This document shows positions 1-9,110 of a stretch of 32,000 nt of DNA, piece by piece (position 1 is the first letter of the stretch; each line of letters begins with the position of its first letter). Position numbers and translations under genes: made by a program. The notes below the pieces were generated by a model. The model was not told where the DNA came from, made no database searches, and saw only the letters and a program-made list of their open reading frames with translations. Origin of the DNA: Chungangia koreensis (GTDB taxonomy: Bacteria > Bacillota > Bacilli > Bacillales_A > Planococcaceae); assembly GCF_042651785.1 (NCBI RefSeq), contig NZ_JBHSEC010000003.1, positions 72,547 through 104,546 on the forward strand, in the 5' to 3' direction.

Positions 1-3000
1 ACGGACCGATACGAGCAAAATTGGCATGGCATTTTATCTTTCATTCGATACGGCAGAACATCTGCATTCCCTTCAAGCATTTCGTTGCCCGCTTGTTGGT
101 GCTTTTTCCGTACGAATAAACGCATGAGCTGCATATCATCGCCGGAGAGGATTTTCGACTGCGATTTCGACAGCGTCTGGTCCTTATTCATGCGTACCGG
201 AATGATGGACGAGAAGCCCTCCATGTCCTGATCCATTTCTGTAACGACTTCCGGGTCGTCCAGTACATAGCCCTTCATTTTGAATGAACGGAGCAATTCC
301 GATTCCATCCGGGAGTCCGTTAACTCCTCATTCGGCTTCAGCATCGGGTTATGGATGTGTACATATAAAACGCCGGCAGGGGAAGCTTCCTCATCGAGCC
401 AGACTTTCGAGTTGTCCAGCGCCACGTCCAAATACGTCAGCATCTGTAAACTCAAGCCGTAATACACTTCATTCAAGTCAAGTGCCCTTGAAGAGGATTT
501 GTAATCGACAATGCGCACATACGGCTTGCCGTTCACACGTGTCGCATCGACCCGGTCAATCCGTCCACGCAGTTTCATCGATTCCCCACGTTTCAACGGA
601 ATCTGAAGCGGCGGCAGCTGTTCTCCTGGCCCGAAGCCCGCTTCGACCGCAACCGGGACGAAACCGGACACTTTCGAATGCTGGCTAAGCGAATACAGGG
701 TTCGCTGCACGATTTGCTGCAGCTTCCGTTTGATATATACGTAACGGTTCGTACTTAACAAGATTTGATTGAAGAAATAAGGCGCAATCTGATCGACTGC
801 GTTCCGCGCGAGCGACCAGCATTCTTCCTTCGAAAGTTGCGACCATGACTTACCAGATTGAAGAGTTTCGTCGGATACCCATTTCAACGCCGCATGGAAC
901 AGGTCTCCGATTGCTGGTGCCTCCAACTCATAATGCGGGCGTTCCTGCAGCTGCAAGCCGTACGAAGCGAAATGCTGGAACGGGCAGCTGTAATACGATT
1001 CCACACGGGAAACACTCGAAGTGAATGATTCTCCGTACAATTCCTTCGTCAGTTCCGGATATAGTTTTTCGGTTGCCCTTTGATCCCGTAGCGGGAAAAT
1101 GACGCGTTCTACTACTGAAGACCAGTATGGATCATCCTCGTAATAAGCAAGCACAGCACGCCACTCCGGAGAAAGTTCCCCTTCTACTTCGGCTTGGCGG
1201 ATTTGCATAGCTACAAATGGAAGCGTAGGACGCGGATGGCTAATATAGTCCATCTGATTGTCCTCTGGCAGCTCTGTCGGGTCAATCGCCGCAAGTTGAA
1301 TGTCGGTTCCTGGAAGAAGCTGTTGAAGACGGTTGATATAGAGAGATGGCATGAGCGCTTTCCCCTCTTCATCCGCCACCGGATACGTCACGATCAGCTT
1401 TTCTTGCGGTGTGGTGAAGGCACGGTACGCCATGAATGTCTCGTCCATGAGCCGCATTTTCGATGTCGGCGCAAGCTCCAATCCGATTTGCATGAACAGC
1501 TCACGTTCCGAGTCCGAAAGCAGTCCCTCCTGGTCAATTCTTCGTGGCAAGACACCGTCATTTACTCCGATGACGAACACGGCTTTCATGTTCATCACCC
1601 TGGAAATATCGATGGTCGTTACGGTCACTTGGTCCATTGAAGGCGGAATCCGGGCGAATTCGAGTGTATCGAACCCTTCGTCCAAAATCTTCGCGAACTG
1701 TTCGAGCGGCATTTCCGTCTCCCCGAACATCAAGACAAACTGATCCAACACTTCAATCCATTGGTTCCATGCCTGATCGTGTTCAGTCGCTGCCAACAGC
1801 TTGTCTTCCTTCTCTTCTTCCGTCCGCAAGTCGACCATCTTATCGTAAATATGCAAGTCTTCCATGAATGAGAATAATGCTTCCGCTACATCACGGCCCG
1901 TTCGGCAACGCTTCAGCCTTGCCTCCAAGTCCATGAGGGGATTGCGAATAAAATCCCGTACCTCATGGAGTTCCTTTTGAATATAGAGCTCCTCATCCGT
2001 CTGCACGGTCGTATGGAACTCAAGTCCACGGTAACGTTTGAACACCCACCGTTTCTCATCGAACCAGCGATCCCCGTATATTCCCTGGGAAATGACATAG
2101 TTCTCCAAACGGTCCGCACGCTCGCGCCATAGTTTTTTGTCCGCTCCATGCGGGAAGAACAGATCCGTCTTCACTGCCCGGAAAATCGGCTCATACTTCC
2201 AACCTGTCATGACCGCTTCTAAAACCGAGCGGCTGAACTCAATGAGTGGATGGTGAAGCATCGGCTTTTTCCGGCTAATGAAAACCGGGATCTCATATTG
2301 GGGGAATACCGTTTCAATCAATTCATCGTATACTTCCGGCTGGCGGTACAGGATGGCCATTTCACGGTAACGCATACCATCACGCATGAGTTCTCTGATT
2401 CGGCGAGCGAGTGCATGCACTTCCGCATGGCGGTTCGCGGCTTCGATAATTTGAACGTTGCCTTCATTTTCCTTAGCCACTGCTGGATGGTTATCGAACT
2501 CGGTTTCCAAATGGCTCAGGTCTTCATTGTGGAACCGGAGCGGAGAATCCATATAGAGCGGTTCCTCAATTTCCACCGATTCTTGTTGAGCGATTTCCAT
2601 GATTCGTTCGCCTGTTCTGACAGGATTGAAGAATAAACGAGCATTATCCTGGCTATATTCTTCATCCATCGGCAATACAACCGTTACCCGTTTCGCATAC
2701 TTCATGAGCTCCGCCACGATTTCCAACTCTCTTGTTGTAAATGTAACGAAACCGTCTATGTAAACATGAGATGATTTTATTAGGTCTGAGTGTTTGATTT
2801 GAGAAACTAATAATGCCAAATAGCCTTCACTGTCGACATAGGACGTGCCAAGTCTTGCATCGAGCGCATTCATGAGAATGGACAAATCGTCCGTTTTATC
2901 GATCAGCGTTCGTGGAGCGTTTGATACCATCAGCTTCTGATGAAGGTCCGGAATTTTCTCACAGTCAAGGCAATACCGGCTAAACTCTTTTAAAAGTTCC

Positions 3001-3371
3001 TCGATTTGATCAGTGAATCCGCGTTTCCCTGCGGCTTTCCGGAACATCTTAAACTCTTCCTGGTGCTCTTCTAACACACTACGGATGAGCATCCGATATC
3101 CGAAACCATTCACTTCCTTCCGGGTAATGCCCCCTGTTTCCTGAAGAACCCGCCATGCCAAGCGCTTAAATGTCGCAACTTGCGAGCGGATTAAACCTTT
3201 CACACCATAATGAGACGACAAACTATATTCTGCAGAATACGACATCTGGTCAGGAACAATCAGAAAGATCGGATCGCCCATTGGATCCTGTTCCATCATT
3301 TCCGCAATTTCTTGTTGAACATACGTCGTCTTCCCTGTACCGGTACGACCGGTGATCAACCTGAGCGACAT
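1..3371 (-). CDS. addB: AddB/RexB, subunit B of the AddAB helicase-nuclease. The N-terminus is complete; roughly the last 40 aa lie beyond the left window edge.
   Basis: Absent from the ORF track because the frame is open at the window edge. The minus-strand ATG at 3371-3369 sits 6 nt after AGGAGG. Translation MSLRLITGRTGTGKTTYVQQEIAEMMEQDPMGDPIFLIVPDQMS carries the AddB-type N-terminal Walker A. The codons at the left edge read ...DKMPCQFCSYRS, the start of the C-terminal CxxCx5C Fe-S motif of AddB. Confidence 0.85.
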   Translation of the reverse strand, partial: MSLRLITGRTGTGKTTYVQQEIAEMMEQDPMGDPIFLIVPDQMSYSAEYSLSSHYGVKGLIRSQVATFKRLAWRVLQETGGITRKEVNGFGYRMLIRSVLEEHQEEFKMFRKAAGKRGFTDQIEELLKEFSRYCLDCEKIPDLHQKLMVSNAPRTLIDKTDDLSILMNALDARLGTSYVDSEGYLALLVSQIKHSDLIKSSHVYIDGFVTFTTRELEIVAELMKYAKRVTVVLPMDEEYSQDNARLFFNPVRTGERIMEIAQQESVEIEEPLYMDSPLRFHNEDLSHLETEFDNHPAVAKENEGNVQIIEAANRHAEVHALARRIRELMRDGMRYREMAILYRQPEVYDELIETVFPQYEIPVFISRKKPMLHHPLIEFSRSVLEAVMTGWKYEPIFRAVKTDLFFPHGADKKLWRERADRLENYVISQGIYGDRWFDEKRWVFKRYRGLEFHTTVQTDEELYIQKELHEVRDFIRNPLMDLEARLKRCRTGRDVAEALFSFMEDLHIYDKMVDLRTEEEKEDKLLAATEHDQAWNQWIEVLDQFVLMFGETEMPLEQFAKILDEGFDTLEFARIPPSMDQVTVTTIDISRVMNMKAVFVIGVNDGVLPRRIDQEGLLSDSERELFMQIGLELAPTSKMRLMDETFMAYRAFTTPQEKLIVTYPVADEEGKALMPSLYINRLQQLLPGTDIQLAAIDPTELPEDNQMDYISHPRPTLPFVAMQIRQAEVEGELSPEWRAVLAYYEDDPYWSSVVERVIFPLRDQRATEKLYPELTKELYGESFTSSVSRVESYYSCPFQHFASYGLQLQERPHYELEAPAIGDLFHAALKWVSDETLQSGKSWSQLSKEECWSLARNAVDQIAPYFFNQILLSTNRYVYIKRKLQQIVQRTLYSLSQHSKVSGFVPVAVEAGFGPGEQLPPLQIPLKRGESMKLRGRIDRVDATRVNGKPYVRIVDYKSSSRALDLNEVYYGLSLQMLTYLDVALDNSKVWLDEEASPAGVLYVHIHNPMLKPNEELTDSRMESELLRSFKMKGYVLDDPEVVTEMDQDMEGFSSIIPVRMNKDQTLSKSQSKILSGDDMQLMRLFVRKKHQQAGNEMLEGNADVLPYRMKDKMPCQFCSYRS

Positions 3372-3424
3372 GGACTCCCTCCTCTATATCAATCTTTCAT
3401 ATTTATATTGAAGCTATGTAACAA

Positions 3425-3494
3425 CTAAAAAACCCCTTGTTTCCTACTTTCTATTTTACAGAATAGAAGTGTGAGTTGGAAACAAAACGGGGTT
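3425..3494 (-). terminator. Putative rho-independent terminator after the TVP38/DedA gene, with a long interrupted stem.
   Basis: On the minus-strand RNA, AACCCCGUUUUGUUUCC (3494-3478) pairs with GGAAACAAGGGGUU (3444-3431) and is followed by a U-run. An inner mini-hairpin sits in the loop. Confidence 0.45.
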
Positions 3495-3519
3495 CCAATT
3501 GGTGGGAATCCTGCTTTAG

Positions 3520-4122
3520 TTATTTATCATCTGAATCTTTCTCCACCTTCTTGTCCAGCCTTTTCTCAAGCTGTTTCCCGGCAATCCAAAGAAGAAGGAT
3601 GACGATGACGATCGCCGCTGTTTTTCCAGGATTCGTCAAAAGTGAGCGTAAGTCATATCCGATATAAGTAATCGTGATGATCATGATGAATTTTCCTGCG
3701 ATGAGTGTCCAGAGGTAATGCTTTTTCTTCATTTTCGACAAACCCGCCACGATGTTAACGAGTGATGAAGGTGTAAACGGAAAACAGAGCAGTAAAAATA
3801 ATGGGCCAAAGCCATTCCGGTCCACCCAATTGATTAGCTTTTGGATCCGCTTATGCTTTGTCATGTAACGGACAAAGCGTGATTGGCCATAATTCCGAAC
3901 GAGAAGGAACAGGAGATATGAACCCGTGACAGTCCCGCTCCAAGAAAGAAGGAAACCGAACCAAAAACCATACGCATCTGCGTTGGCAATCACAAACGCA
4001 AAGATTGGCAGGAACGGTAAAAACGCCTCGATGAATGGCAGAAGGAAGCCGATGATCGGTCCTAATGCCCGATACTGATTCGATAATTCGATTAAATTCT
4101 GCATTGTCAGCCAATCGTCCAT
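3520..4122 (-). CDS. TVP38/TMEM64 (DedA-superfamily) integral membrane protein
   Basis: The ORF-track frame is 3520..4137. Its first codon is TTG; the ATG at 4122 (MDDWLTMQNL...) follows GGAGTTGGA. The protein is multi-TM with the family-typical stretch NGFGPLFLLLCFPFTPSSLVNIVAGLSKM. Confidence 0.75.
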   Translation of the reverse strand: MDDWLTMQNLIELSNQYRALGPIIGFLLPFIEAFLPFLPIFAFVIANADAYGFWFGFLLSWSGTVTGSYLLFLLVRNYGQSRFVRYMTKHKRIQKLINWVDRNGFGPLFLLLCFPFTPSSLVNIVAGLSKMKKKHYLWTLIAGKFIMIITITYIGYDLRSLLTNPGKTAAIVIVILLLWIAGKQLEKRLDKKVEKDSDDK

Positions 4123-4259
4123 TGATTCCAACTCCAACTTCTGATGAATGTACTTATTTTAAGTGTTTTTACAAAATTTCGCACGATTCAACATTTCTTT
4201 TATTGATTCTACCCAATGATGAATATTTTTGTAGTATAATCATTAGAAAATTTAAACTA

Positions 4260-4997
4260 ATGGGTGAAATGATGAAGATGAAAGATTTCAACGCTGGTCT
4301 TAAAGCGGGTCTGAGTATTGCGATCGGTTACTTTCCGATTGCCATCACGTTCGGTTTATTGGCCAAAACTACCGGCCTGACTATTATAGAGGCGACTGCC
4401 ATGAGCATTTTCGTCTACGCAGGCGCTGCCCAATATATATCACTATCATTAATCGCAAAAAGTGTCGATCCGGTCCTTATTGTCTTAAATACCTTCATCG
4501 TCAACATTCGACACTTTCTTATGACGGCTTCGCTCAATGAAAAGTTGATGCCATCCAGCCGTACGAAGAAAGCATGGCTCGCCTTCTGGATCACGGATGA
4601 ATCGTTTTCCGTCCTCGCCACACGGAAAGAGGAAAAGCTTACAATGGCCTTCTCTTTCGGTGTCGCACTGATTGCCTACAGCAGTTGGGTAGGTTTTACA
4701 GTAGTAGGACATCTCATCGGAGCCAACTTGCCTCCATTCCTGCAAGCCGCCATGTCAGTAGCTCTGTACGCGATGTTCATCGGACTACTCGTTCCGTCCA
4801 TGCGCGGGAATCGGAAAGTTGTCGTTCTGGCAGTCACAGCGGCGGCGATCAACGGAATATTCTTTTGGACAGGCTGGCTGTCGACAGGTTGGTCCATTTT
4901 GGTCTCAACATTGGCTTCTTCGATATTTGTGGAAGTCATTTATTCAATGAAGAGCCGTGAACGAACAATACCCGCTCAGAAAGGGGCTGAATCCTAA
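4260..4997 (+). CDS. azlC: AzlC-family branched-chain amino acid exporter subunit
   Basis: The ORF-track frame is 4065..4997. Its first 65 codons are AT-rich intergenic-looking sequence that overlaps the divergent gene. Plausible starts are ATG 4260, 4269, 4272 or 4278 (MGEMMKMKDF). The protein is polytopic with the AzlC-like VYAGAAQY motif and is followed by overlapping azlD. Confidence 0.8.
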   Translation: MGEMMKMKDFNAGLKAGLSIAIGYFPIAITFGLLAKTTGLTIIEATAMSIFVYAGAAQYISLSLIAKSVDPVLIVLNTFIVNIRHFLMTASLNEKLMPSSRTKKAWLAFWITDESFSVLATRKEEKLTMAFSFGVALIAYSSWVGFTVVGHLIGANLPPFLQAAMSVALYAMFIGLLVPSMRGNRKVVVLAVTAAAINGIFFWTGWLSTGWSILVSTLASSIFVEVIYSMKSRERTIPAQKGAES

Positions 4998-5305
4998 TGG
5001 ACTCATGGTACTGGTGGATGCTGTTAGGAATGGCTCTCGTCACGTACTTGCCACGTGCTATTCCGTTGACGTTTTTGGAAGGTAAAGAACTGCCTCCAAT
5101 GGTTAGCGGCGTGTTGAGGAATATTCCGTTTGCGGTATTAGGTGCGTTAATCTTCCCTGCAATTTTGTACATACAGGAAGGAAATATCCTGTTCGGACTC
5201 ATTGGCGCATTGGCGGCATTCGCCATTGCCTTCATTCGTGGAAATGTCATGTTAGTAGTACTGGGGTCGATAGCCGTATTGGCGATTTATAGTTTAGTGA
5301 TGTGA
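4997..5305 (+). CDS. azlD: AzlD-family branched-chain amino acid transport protein
   Basis: A 102-aa hydrophobic protein whose ATG overlaps the azlC stop (TAATG). The N-terminal YLPRAIPL motif is typical of AzlD. Confidence 0.8.
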   Translation: MDSWYWWMLLGMALVTYLPRAIPLTFLEGKELPPMVSGVLRNIPFAVLGALIFPAILYIQEGNILFGLIGALAAFAIAFIRGNVMLVVLGSIAVLAIYSLVM

Positions 5306-5312
5306 GTGTGAA

Positions 5313-5339
5313 GATCCGCGTTGGTGCGGGTCTTTTTTT
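5313..5339 (+). terminator. Rho-independent terminator of azlCD
   Basis: Stem GATCCGC/GCGGGTC (one G-U pair), a 6-nt loop, then seven T. Confidence 0.8.
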
Positions 5340-5456
5340 ATTTTGAGGGAGGGTGGATTGATGTATAGAAATTTATTTAGTTGTAGATCGTCGACATGCA
5401 TCGGCAAGATCGTCGACAATTTCTTGCTTGCAGATGCATATTAGGCAAAAACCATC

Positions 5457-5497
5457 CCAAATAAAAAGGCTTCCGAATGAAATATCCGAAAGCCTTT
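5457..5497 (-). terminator. Rho-independent terminator of the minJ-csbA-like unit
   Basis: The minus RNA AAAGGCUUUCGGA-UAUUUCA-UUCGGAAGCCUUU forms a 13-bp stem with two G-U pairs, followed by UUUUAUUU. Confidence 0.75.
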
Positions 5498-5507
5498 CTG
5501 CCAATAT

Positions 5508-5744
5508 TTATTTCCCACGAGCTTTTTGCACCATGCGTGTAGCGAAGTAGAAGCCGACGGTTAGTGAGGCGGCGTCTACGACGTAGAGGATCCAATGGTG
5601 CGTGTAGCCAGCATAGACGCTGGCGGCGATGAGTGCGACCGTCAGGATGAGTCCGACTACGTGGTGATAGGTGACTCGGGTTAAAAAGACAACTAACATC
5701 CCTGGCATGAGTAATGCTAAGAAGAATTTTGTTATGAATTCCAT
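5508..5744 (-). CDS. csbA: Small (78 aa) two/three-TM membrane protein, CsbA-like stress protein
   Basis: The ORF-track frame is 5508..5768. The ATG at 5744 (MEFITKFFLALLMPGMLVVFLTRVTYHHVVGL...) lies 6 nt after GAGGGA and 10 nt after the minJ stop. Size, hydrophobic pattern and its position next to minJ resemble B. subtilis CsbA; this assignment is from memory. Confidence 0.5.
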   Translation of the reverse strand: MEFITKFFLALLMPGMLVVFLTRVTYHHVVGLILTVALIAASVYAGYTHHWILYVVDAASLTVGFYFATRMVQKARGK

Positions 5745-5754
5745 AGTAGGTCCC

Positions 5755-6921
5755 TCACTGTACGACAAGCAAACCGAGGCGGTAGTGGTCGTGACGGTAA
5801 ATCACATGCTGTCTAAGCCGCACTTCACCGGAGCGGTCGAGCACTTCCAGTCGGCAATGTGCCGCGTTGATCTGAATCGCTTCGTATAGCTCGTTTTCAT
5901 TTGAAACTGCTTGTCCGTTCACTTTTCGTATGCATTCCCCGACCTTCAAGCCCATCTTATCAGCAGGAGAGCCAGGTAATACTCCAACAATTTTAACACC
6001 GGCACTCTCGGGAGCACCAGCTATCTTACCTGCTTTTTCTTGCAAATGTGTCATAACCGTAATGACGATCCGGCCAATTACACCGATGGCTATGGCTACT
6101 ACACCAAGCAACGGAATCCCAATGGCCCCGATCCCGAAGACGGTTACCGCAATTCCGAGCCAGTTCAACCGTTTAGCAACCAGAGGGAATAAATCTTCCG
6201 GATATGAATGCCTGGCAGTTTGCTCAAATCCGATGACCAACGGCGCCAATACGAGCGCGAACGCTTCCCCGCCTATTGTGATTTGTGGCCAGTACGGAGC
6301 ATAACTTGCAATCGCATCACCTGGTACGACGAATAAGACCGGAAGCAGCCAAAGGCGTTTCACTTTGAAAACAGCTGCGTTCATCCCACGTGCTGATTTC
6401 TTCATGAGTGGAGAAGCGAAATCTGCTGTATGGTTCTTCACTAAAAACGCTTCAGCCAGTAGGAATAATCCTGATAAAATCGCCACAGACGCAAACAATC
6501 CGTTATTGAAGGTTCCTCCGAATGTCCAATTCCAGAACTCGATTTCGTTGCCATATGTATGGAGTGCCCATAATATCGCTAAAGCGATAGCTGTAAAGTA
6601 AACCGGAGACCCTGCTTTATAAAGGAAACTGATCGTAACGAGCAATGCAATGACTGTAAACAATGCAAGCCATTCTTCAGTTACAGTCAATCCTGCAGCA
6701 AAGATCAAAACCGATAACAGGATGGACGGAATCCATCCATCCGCTACCAGCCGCTGGAGCTCTGTCCAGCCATAGAGAATTCGGCGTCTGAAAAACTTCC
6801 GTTCCCTCTTTACCCGTACATAGCCTAGCAGGACAGCAAATAACACGACAACATACGTGAGTGGATTAAGGAAAAAACGGCCGATCCCTTTTAACACTTC
6901 TAAAAGAATTTCAGAAAACAT
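5755..6921 (-). CDS. minJ: MinJ-type polytopic membrane protein with a C-terminal PDZ domain (division-site topological factor)
   Basis: The start is trimmed to ATG 6921 (MFSEILLEVLKGIGRFFLNPL...), which aligns position-for-position with the B. subtilis MinJ N-terminus as I recall it. There are about 7 TM segments and then a PDZ domain (GVKIVGVLPGSPADKMGLKVGECIRKVNG). The gene is adjacent to ctpB, as in B. subtilis. Confidence 0.75.
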   Translation of the reverse strand: MFSEILLEVLKGIGRFFLNPLTYVVVLFAVLLGYVRVKRERKFFRRRILYGWTELQRLVADGWIPSILLSVLIFAAGLTVTEEWLALFTVIALLVTISFLYKAGSPVYFTAIALAILWALHTYGNEIEFWNWTFGGTFNNGLFASVAILSGLFLLAEAFLVKNHTADFASPLMKKSARGMNAAVFKVKRLWLLPVLFVVPGDAIASYAPYWPQITIGGEAFALVLAPLVIGFEQTARHSYPEDLFPLVAKRLNWLGIAVTVFGIGAIGIPLLGVVAIAIGVIGRIVITVMTHLQEKAGKIAGAPESAGVKIVGVLPGSPADKMGLKVGECIRKVNGQAVSNENELYEAIQINAAHCRLEVLDRSGEVRLRQHVIYRHDHYRLGLLVVQ

Positions 6922-7009
6922 GATGCCACCATCCATTCAGCGTCTGCTAAGTTTCTATTATTGTATCAAAACGCTGATAGAAAGGGGTGATTTTTCTAAG
7001 ATTCAGTAC

Positions 7010-8449
7010 CTATTTCCCGCTTTTAATCGTATGTGACATATATCCGATGGCCATTTGAAGCTGATCATCGTTTTCCTTGCGCTCTTTATATGATTGAATC
7101 ACTTCACGGAGCTTGACGAAAAAATAATGATCCATTTGTGGTTCCAAGGATAATCCTTTATCCTGACGGAAATCTTCTACTGCTTTGGCTGTCACTTCAT
7201 CGAAATACCCATCTGTTCTTGTCACGTCATAGCCCATCGAGTTAAGAGCGTTTTGTGCGTAGGCGATGTCGTCCGAATAATCACCCGTTGCATACTGGCC
7301 GCCGACCGGTTTCGCACTTAATTTGAATAATACATTTTGCTCCACTTCCAGATCGGCTTTGATTCCTTTTCCATGAATCCACTGTTGGTTCGGTGTGAGC
7401 CATTTATGTGTTGATAGCTTCACTTCCCCGCCATTGGATAATTCCATCGTTTCCTGGACAGTACCTTTCCCGAAACTCGTCGTTCCAATGATGAATGCCC
7501 GTTTTAAATCCTTCAGTGCCCCACTTAATACCTCACTTGCTGAAGCGCTTCCTTCATTTTGCAATATGGCAACCGGGATTTTTTTCATCTTTTTTGTATA
7601 CGCGGTCTCCTCCGGTTGTTTCACTGTGAGCGGTTCCAGAATTCCACGTGAATCTTGCATGAAGGTATACGTGGCGCCTGGTTTCAACATACTGCCAGCA
7701 ACTTTTTCGACGCTATGCAAATAGCCGCCTGGATTACTGCGGACATCGATGATAATGCCCTCGACTCCCCGTTTCAGCAAGTCGCTCGTATGCTGCTCCC
7801 ACTCTTCCGCCGTCTTTTCGCCAAACATGGAAATCGTTACATATCCGATCGTTTGCCCTTCTACGTCGAACGTTTCACTCGTCACCGTTTTGACTGGTAT
7901 CGTGGAACGCATAATCGAGATTTTTACATGACGCTGCTCTTCTGGCCTGTAGAGCGTCAGTGTAACTTCCGTCCCTTTTTCACCGCCGATTAATTGGAGC
8001 AGCTCCTTCAACGACTTTCCATCCACCCGCTCCCCATTCACTTGTACAATTTCGTCATACGGTTTAATCCCAGCTTTCTCTGCCGGTGAGGACTTAATCG
8101 GAGAAACGATGATGAACCGCCCTTGGGACTGTGTAATTTCAGCACCTATTCCTACCCGTTCATCTGATAACGATTGCTCATGGGCCCTTGCCTCTTCTTC
8201 CGAAAAATATGTACTGTATGGGTCACCGATCGTATCTGTCATTCCACGAATCGCGCCCTCCACCAGCTTCTCATCACTTACGGGGTAAACTGCATGTTTG
8301 GTAATCAAAGCAAATGCTTCATCGATGGTCTTATTCTCACTAATTCCCTCCAATGCTCCGGTGCTACTATCCTTCTTATTCAAGAAAAATAAGAAGAATG
8401 CAATGACGATGATAAAAATTCCTACTAAAATAATTCGGCTCTTGCGCAT
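7010..8449 (-). CDS. ctpB: S41-family carboxy-terminal processing protease with PDZ and C-terminal peptidoglycan-binding domains
   Basis: 479 aa with an N-terminal TM anchor, a PDZ domain (IIVSPIKSSPAEKAGIKPYDEIVQVNG) and the S41 catalytic region (NEGSASASE ... FGKGTVQ). The C-terminus carries a PG_binding_1-like repeat (AQNALNSMGYDVTRTDGYFDEVTAKAVEDFRQDKGL). The SD AAAGGGGA lies 6 nt upstream. Confidence 0.85.
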   Translation of the reverse strand: MRKSRIILVGIFIIVIAFFLFFLNKKDSSTGALEGISENKTIDEAFALITKHAVYPVSDEKLVEGAIRGMTDTIGDPYSTYFSEEEARAHEQSLSDERVGIGAEITQSQGRFIIVSPIKSSPAEKAGIKPYDEIVQVNGERVDGKSLKELLQLIGGEKGTEVTLTLYRPEEQRHVKISIMRSTIPVKTVTSETFDVEGQTIGYVTISMFGEKTAEEWEQHTSDLLKRGVEGIIIDVRSNPGGYLHSVEKVAGSMLKPGATYTFMQDSRGILEPLTVKQPEETAYTKKMKKIPVAILQNEGSASASEVLSGALKDLKRAFIIGTTSFGKGTVQETMELSNGGEVKLSTHKWLTPNQQWIHGKGIKADLEVEQNVLFKLSAKPVGGQYATGDYSDDIAYAQNALNSMGYDVTRTDGYFDEVTAKAVEDFRQDKGLSLEPQMDHYFFVKLREVIQSYKERKENDDQLQMAIGYMSHTIKSGK

Positions 8450-8528
8450 ATTATTTCCCCTTTCTTCCTTTCACTTTATGAAAGGGCTTGGGCGAATAAC
8501 ACACGCAAGAGCCGGTTTTTATTGTCAA

Positions 8529-9107
8529 TTATTCCATGCTGTCCACTAAATCAATCATCATTTGTTCGTCCATCGGTCCGACAATCTTATGCCGAATCAA
8601 GCCGGCCGTATCAATCGTAAAGGTCGTCGGTATCGTTAAAATTTCATATGTCTTTTCAAGACTTCCATCTTCATCTGTCGGAATCGGGAACGTTAATTCA
8701 TAATCTTCAACAAATTGAATGGCATCATCAATGCCGCCATATTCGGCATTCGTCAAATTGACCGCTAAGATTTCAACATTATCCTTTTCCGCATAATCCT
8801 CATAATAGTTCTGCATATGAGGCATTTCCGCTTTACATGGCGGGCACCAAGAAGCCCAAAAATTCAGTATGACTTTCTTTCCTTTGTAATCGGATAATTT
8901 AACGGACTCTCCATCCAACGTTTTCACTTCAAAATCCGGTGGGGCTTTTCCTTTTTCCAATCCGCTCTCAGGCAGAATATCAACCGATGTACCGATGGCC
9001 TCTTCAGGCACTTTTTGAGATTCTTCGATACTCCCTCTAACATATTGAGTAACCATGATGGCAACCAAAATGGCGACGATCAATAGACCGAATACTTTCT
9101 TCTTCAT
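8529..9107 (-). CDS. Membrane-anchored extracytoplasmic thiol-disulfide oxidoreductase (TlpA/ResA family thioredoxin)
   Basis: 192 aa with an N-terminal signal anchor (MKKKVFGLLIVAILVAIMV) and the thioredoxin active site WASWCPPCKAEMP. The SD GGAGGAAAGGA lies inside the upstream gene, and only 3 nt separate the two genes. Confidence 0.85.
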   Translation of the reverse strand: MKKKVFGLLIVAILVAIMVTQYVRGSIEESQKVPEEAIGTSVDILPESGLEKGKAPPDFEVKTLDGESVKLSDYKGKKVILNFWASWCPPCKAEMPHMQNYYEDYAEKDNVEILAVNLTNAEYGGIDDAIQFVEDYELTFPIPTDEDGSLEKTYEILTIPTTFTIDTAGLIRHKIVGPMDEQMMIDLVDSME

Positions 9108-9110
9108 TCG

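Noticed and set aside
280-3428. About ten + strand ORFs of 60-148 aa in the ORF track (e.g. 284..688, 1194..1640, 2250..2636)
   Set aside because: All lie antisense inside the long open minus-strand addB frame, which the track omits because it is open at the window edge. They have no SD and their composition is Ser/Arg/His-rich and odd.
4203-4240. TTGATT ... TATAAT as the azlCD promoter
   Set aside because: The TATAAT at 4235-4240 is good, but the only TTGATT lies 26 nt upstream, which is the wrong spacing. No acceptable -35 or TGn extension is present, so it is too weak to list as a feature.
4065-4259. N-terminal extensions in ORF-track calls: azlC from 4065, oppB from 19478, oppC from 18568, oppD from 17699, MCP from 29716, AAA from 31133, secA from 26666, ftsE from 12752, ftsX from 12076
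   Set aside because: The extensions overlap upstream genes or intergenic DNA and lack an SD. In each case an internal ATG with a good SD gives an N-terminus matching the family (for example MIEMK for FtsE and MGVLNKLF for SecA).
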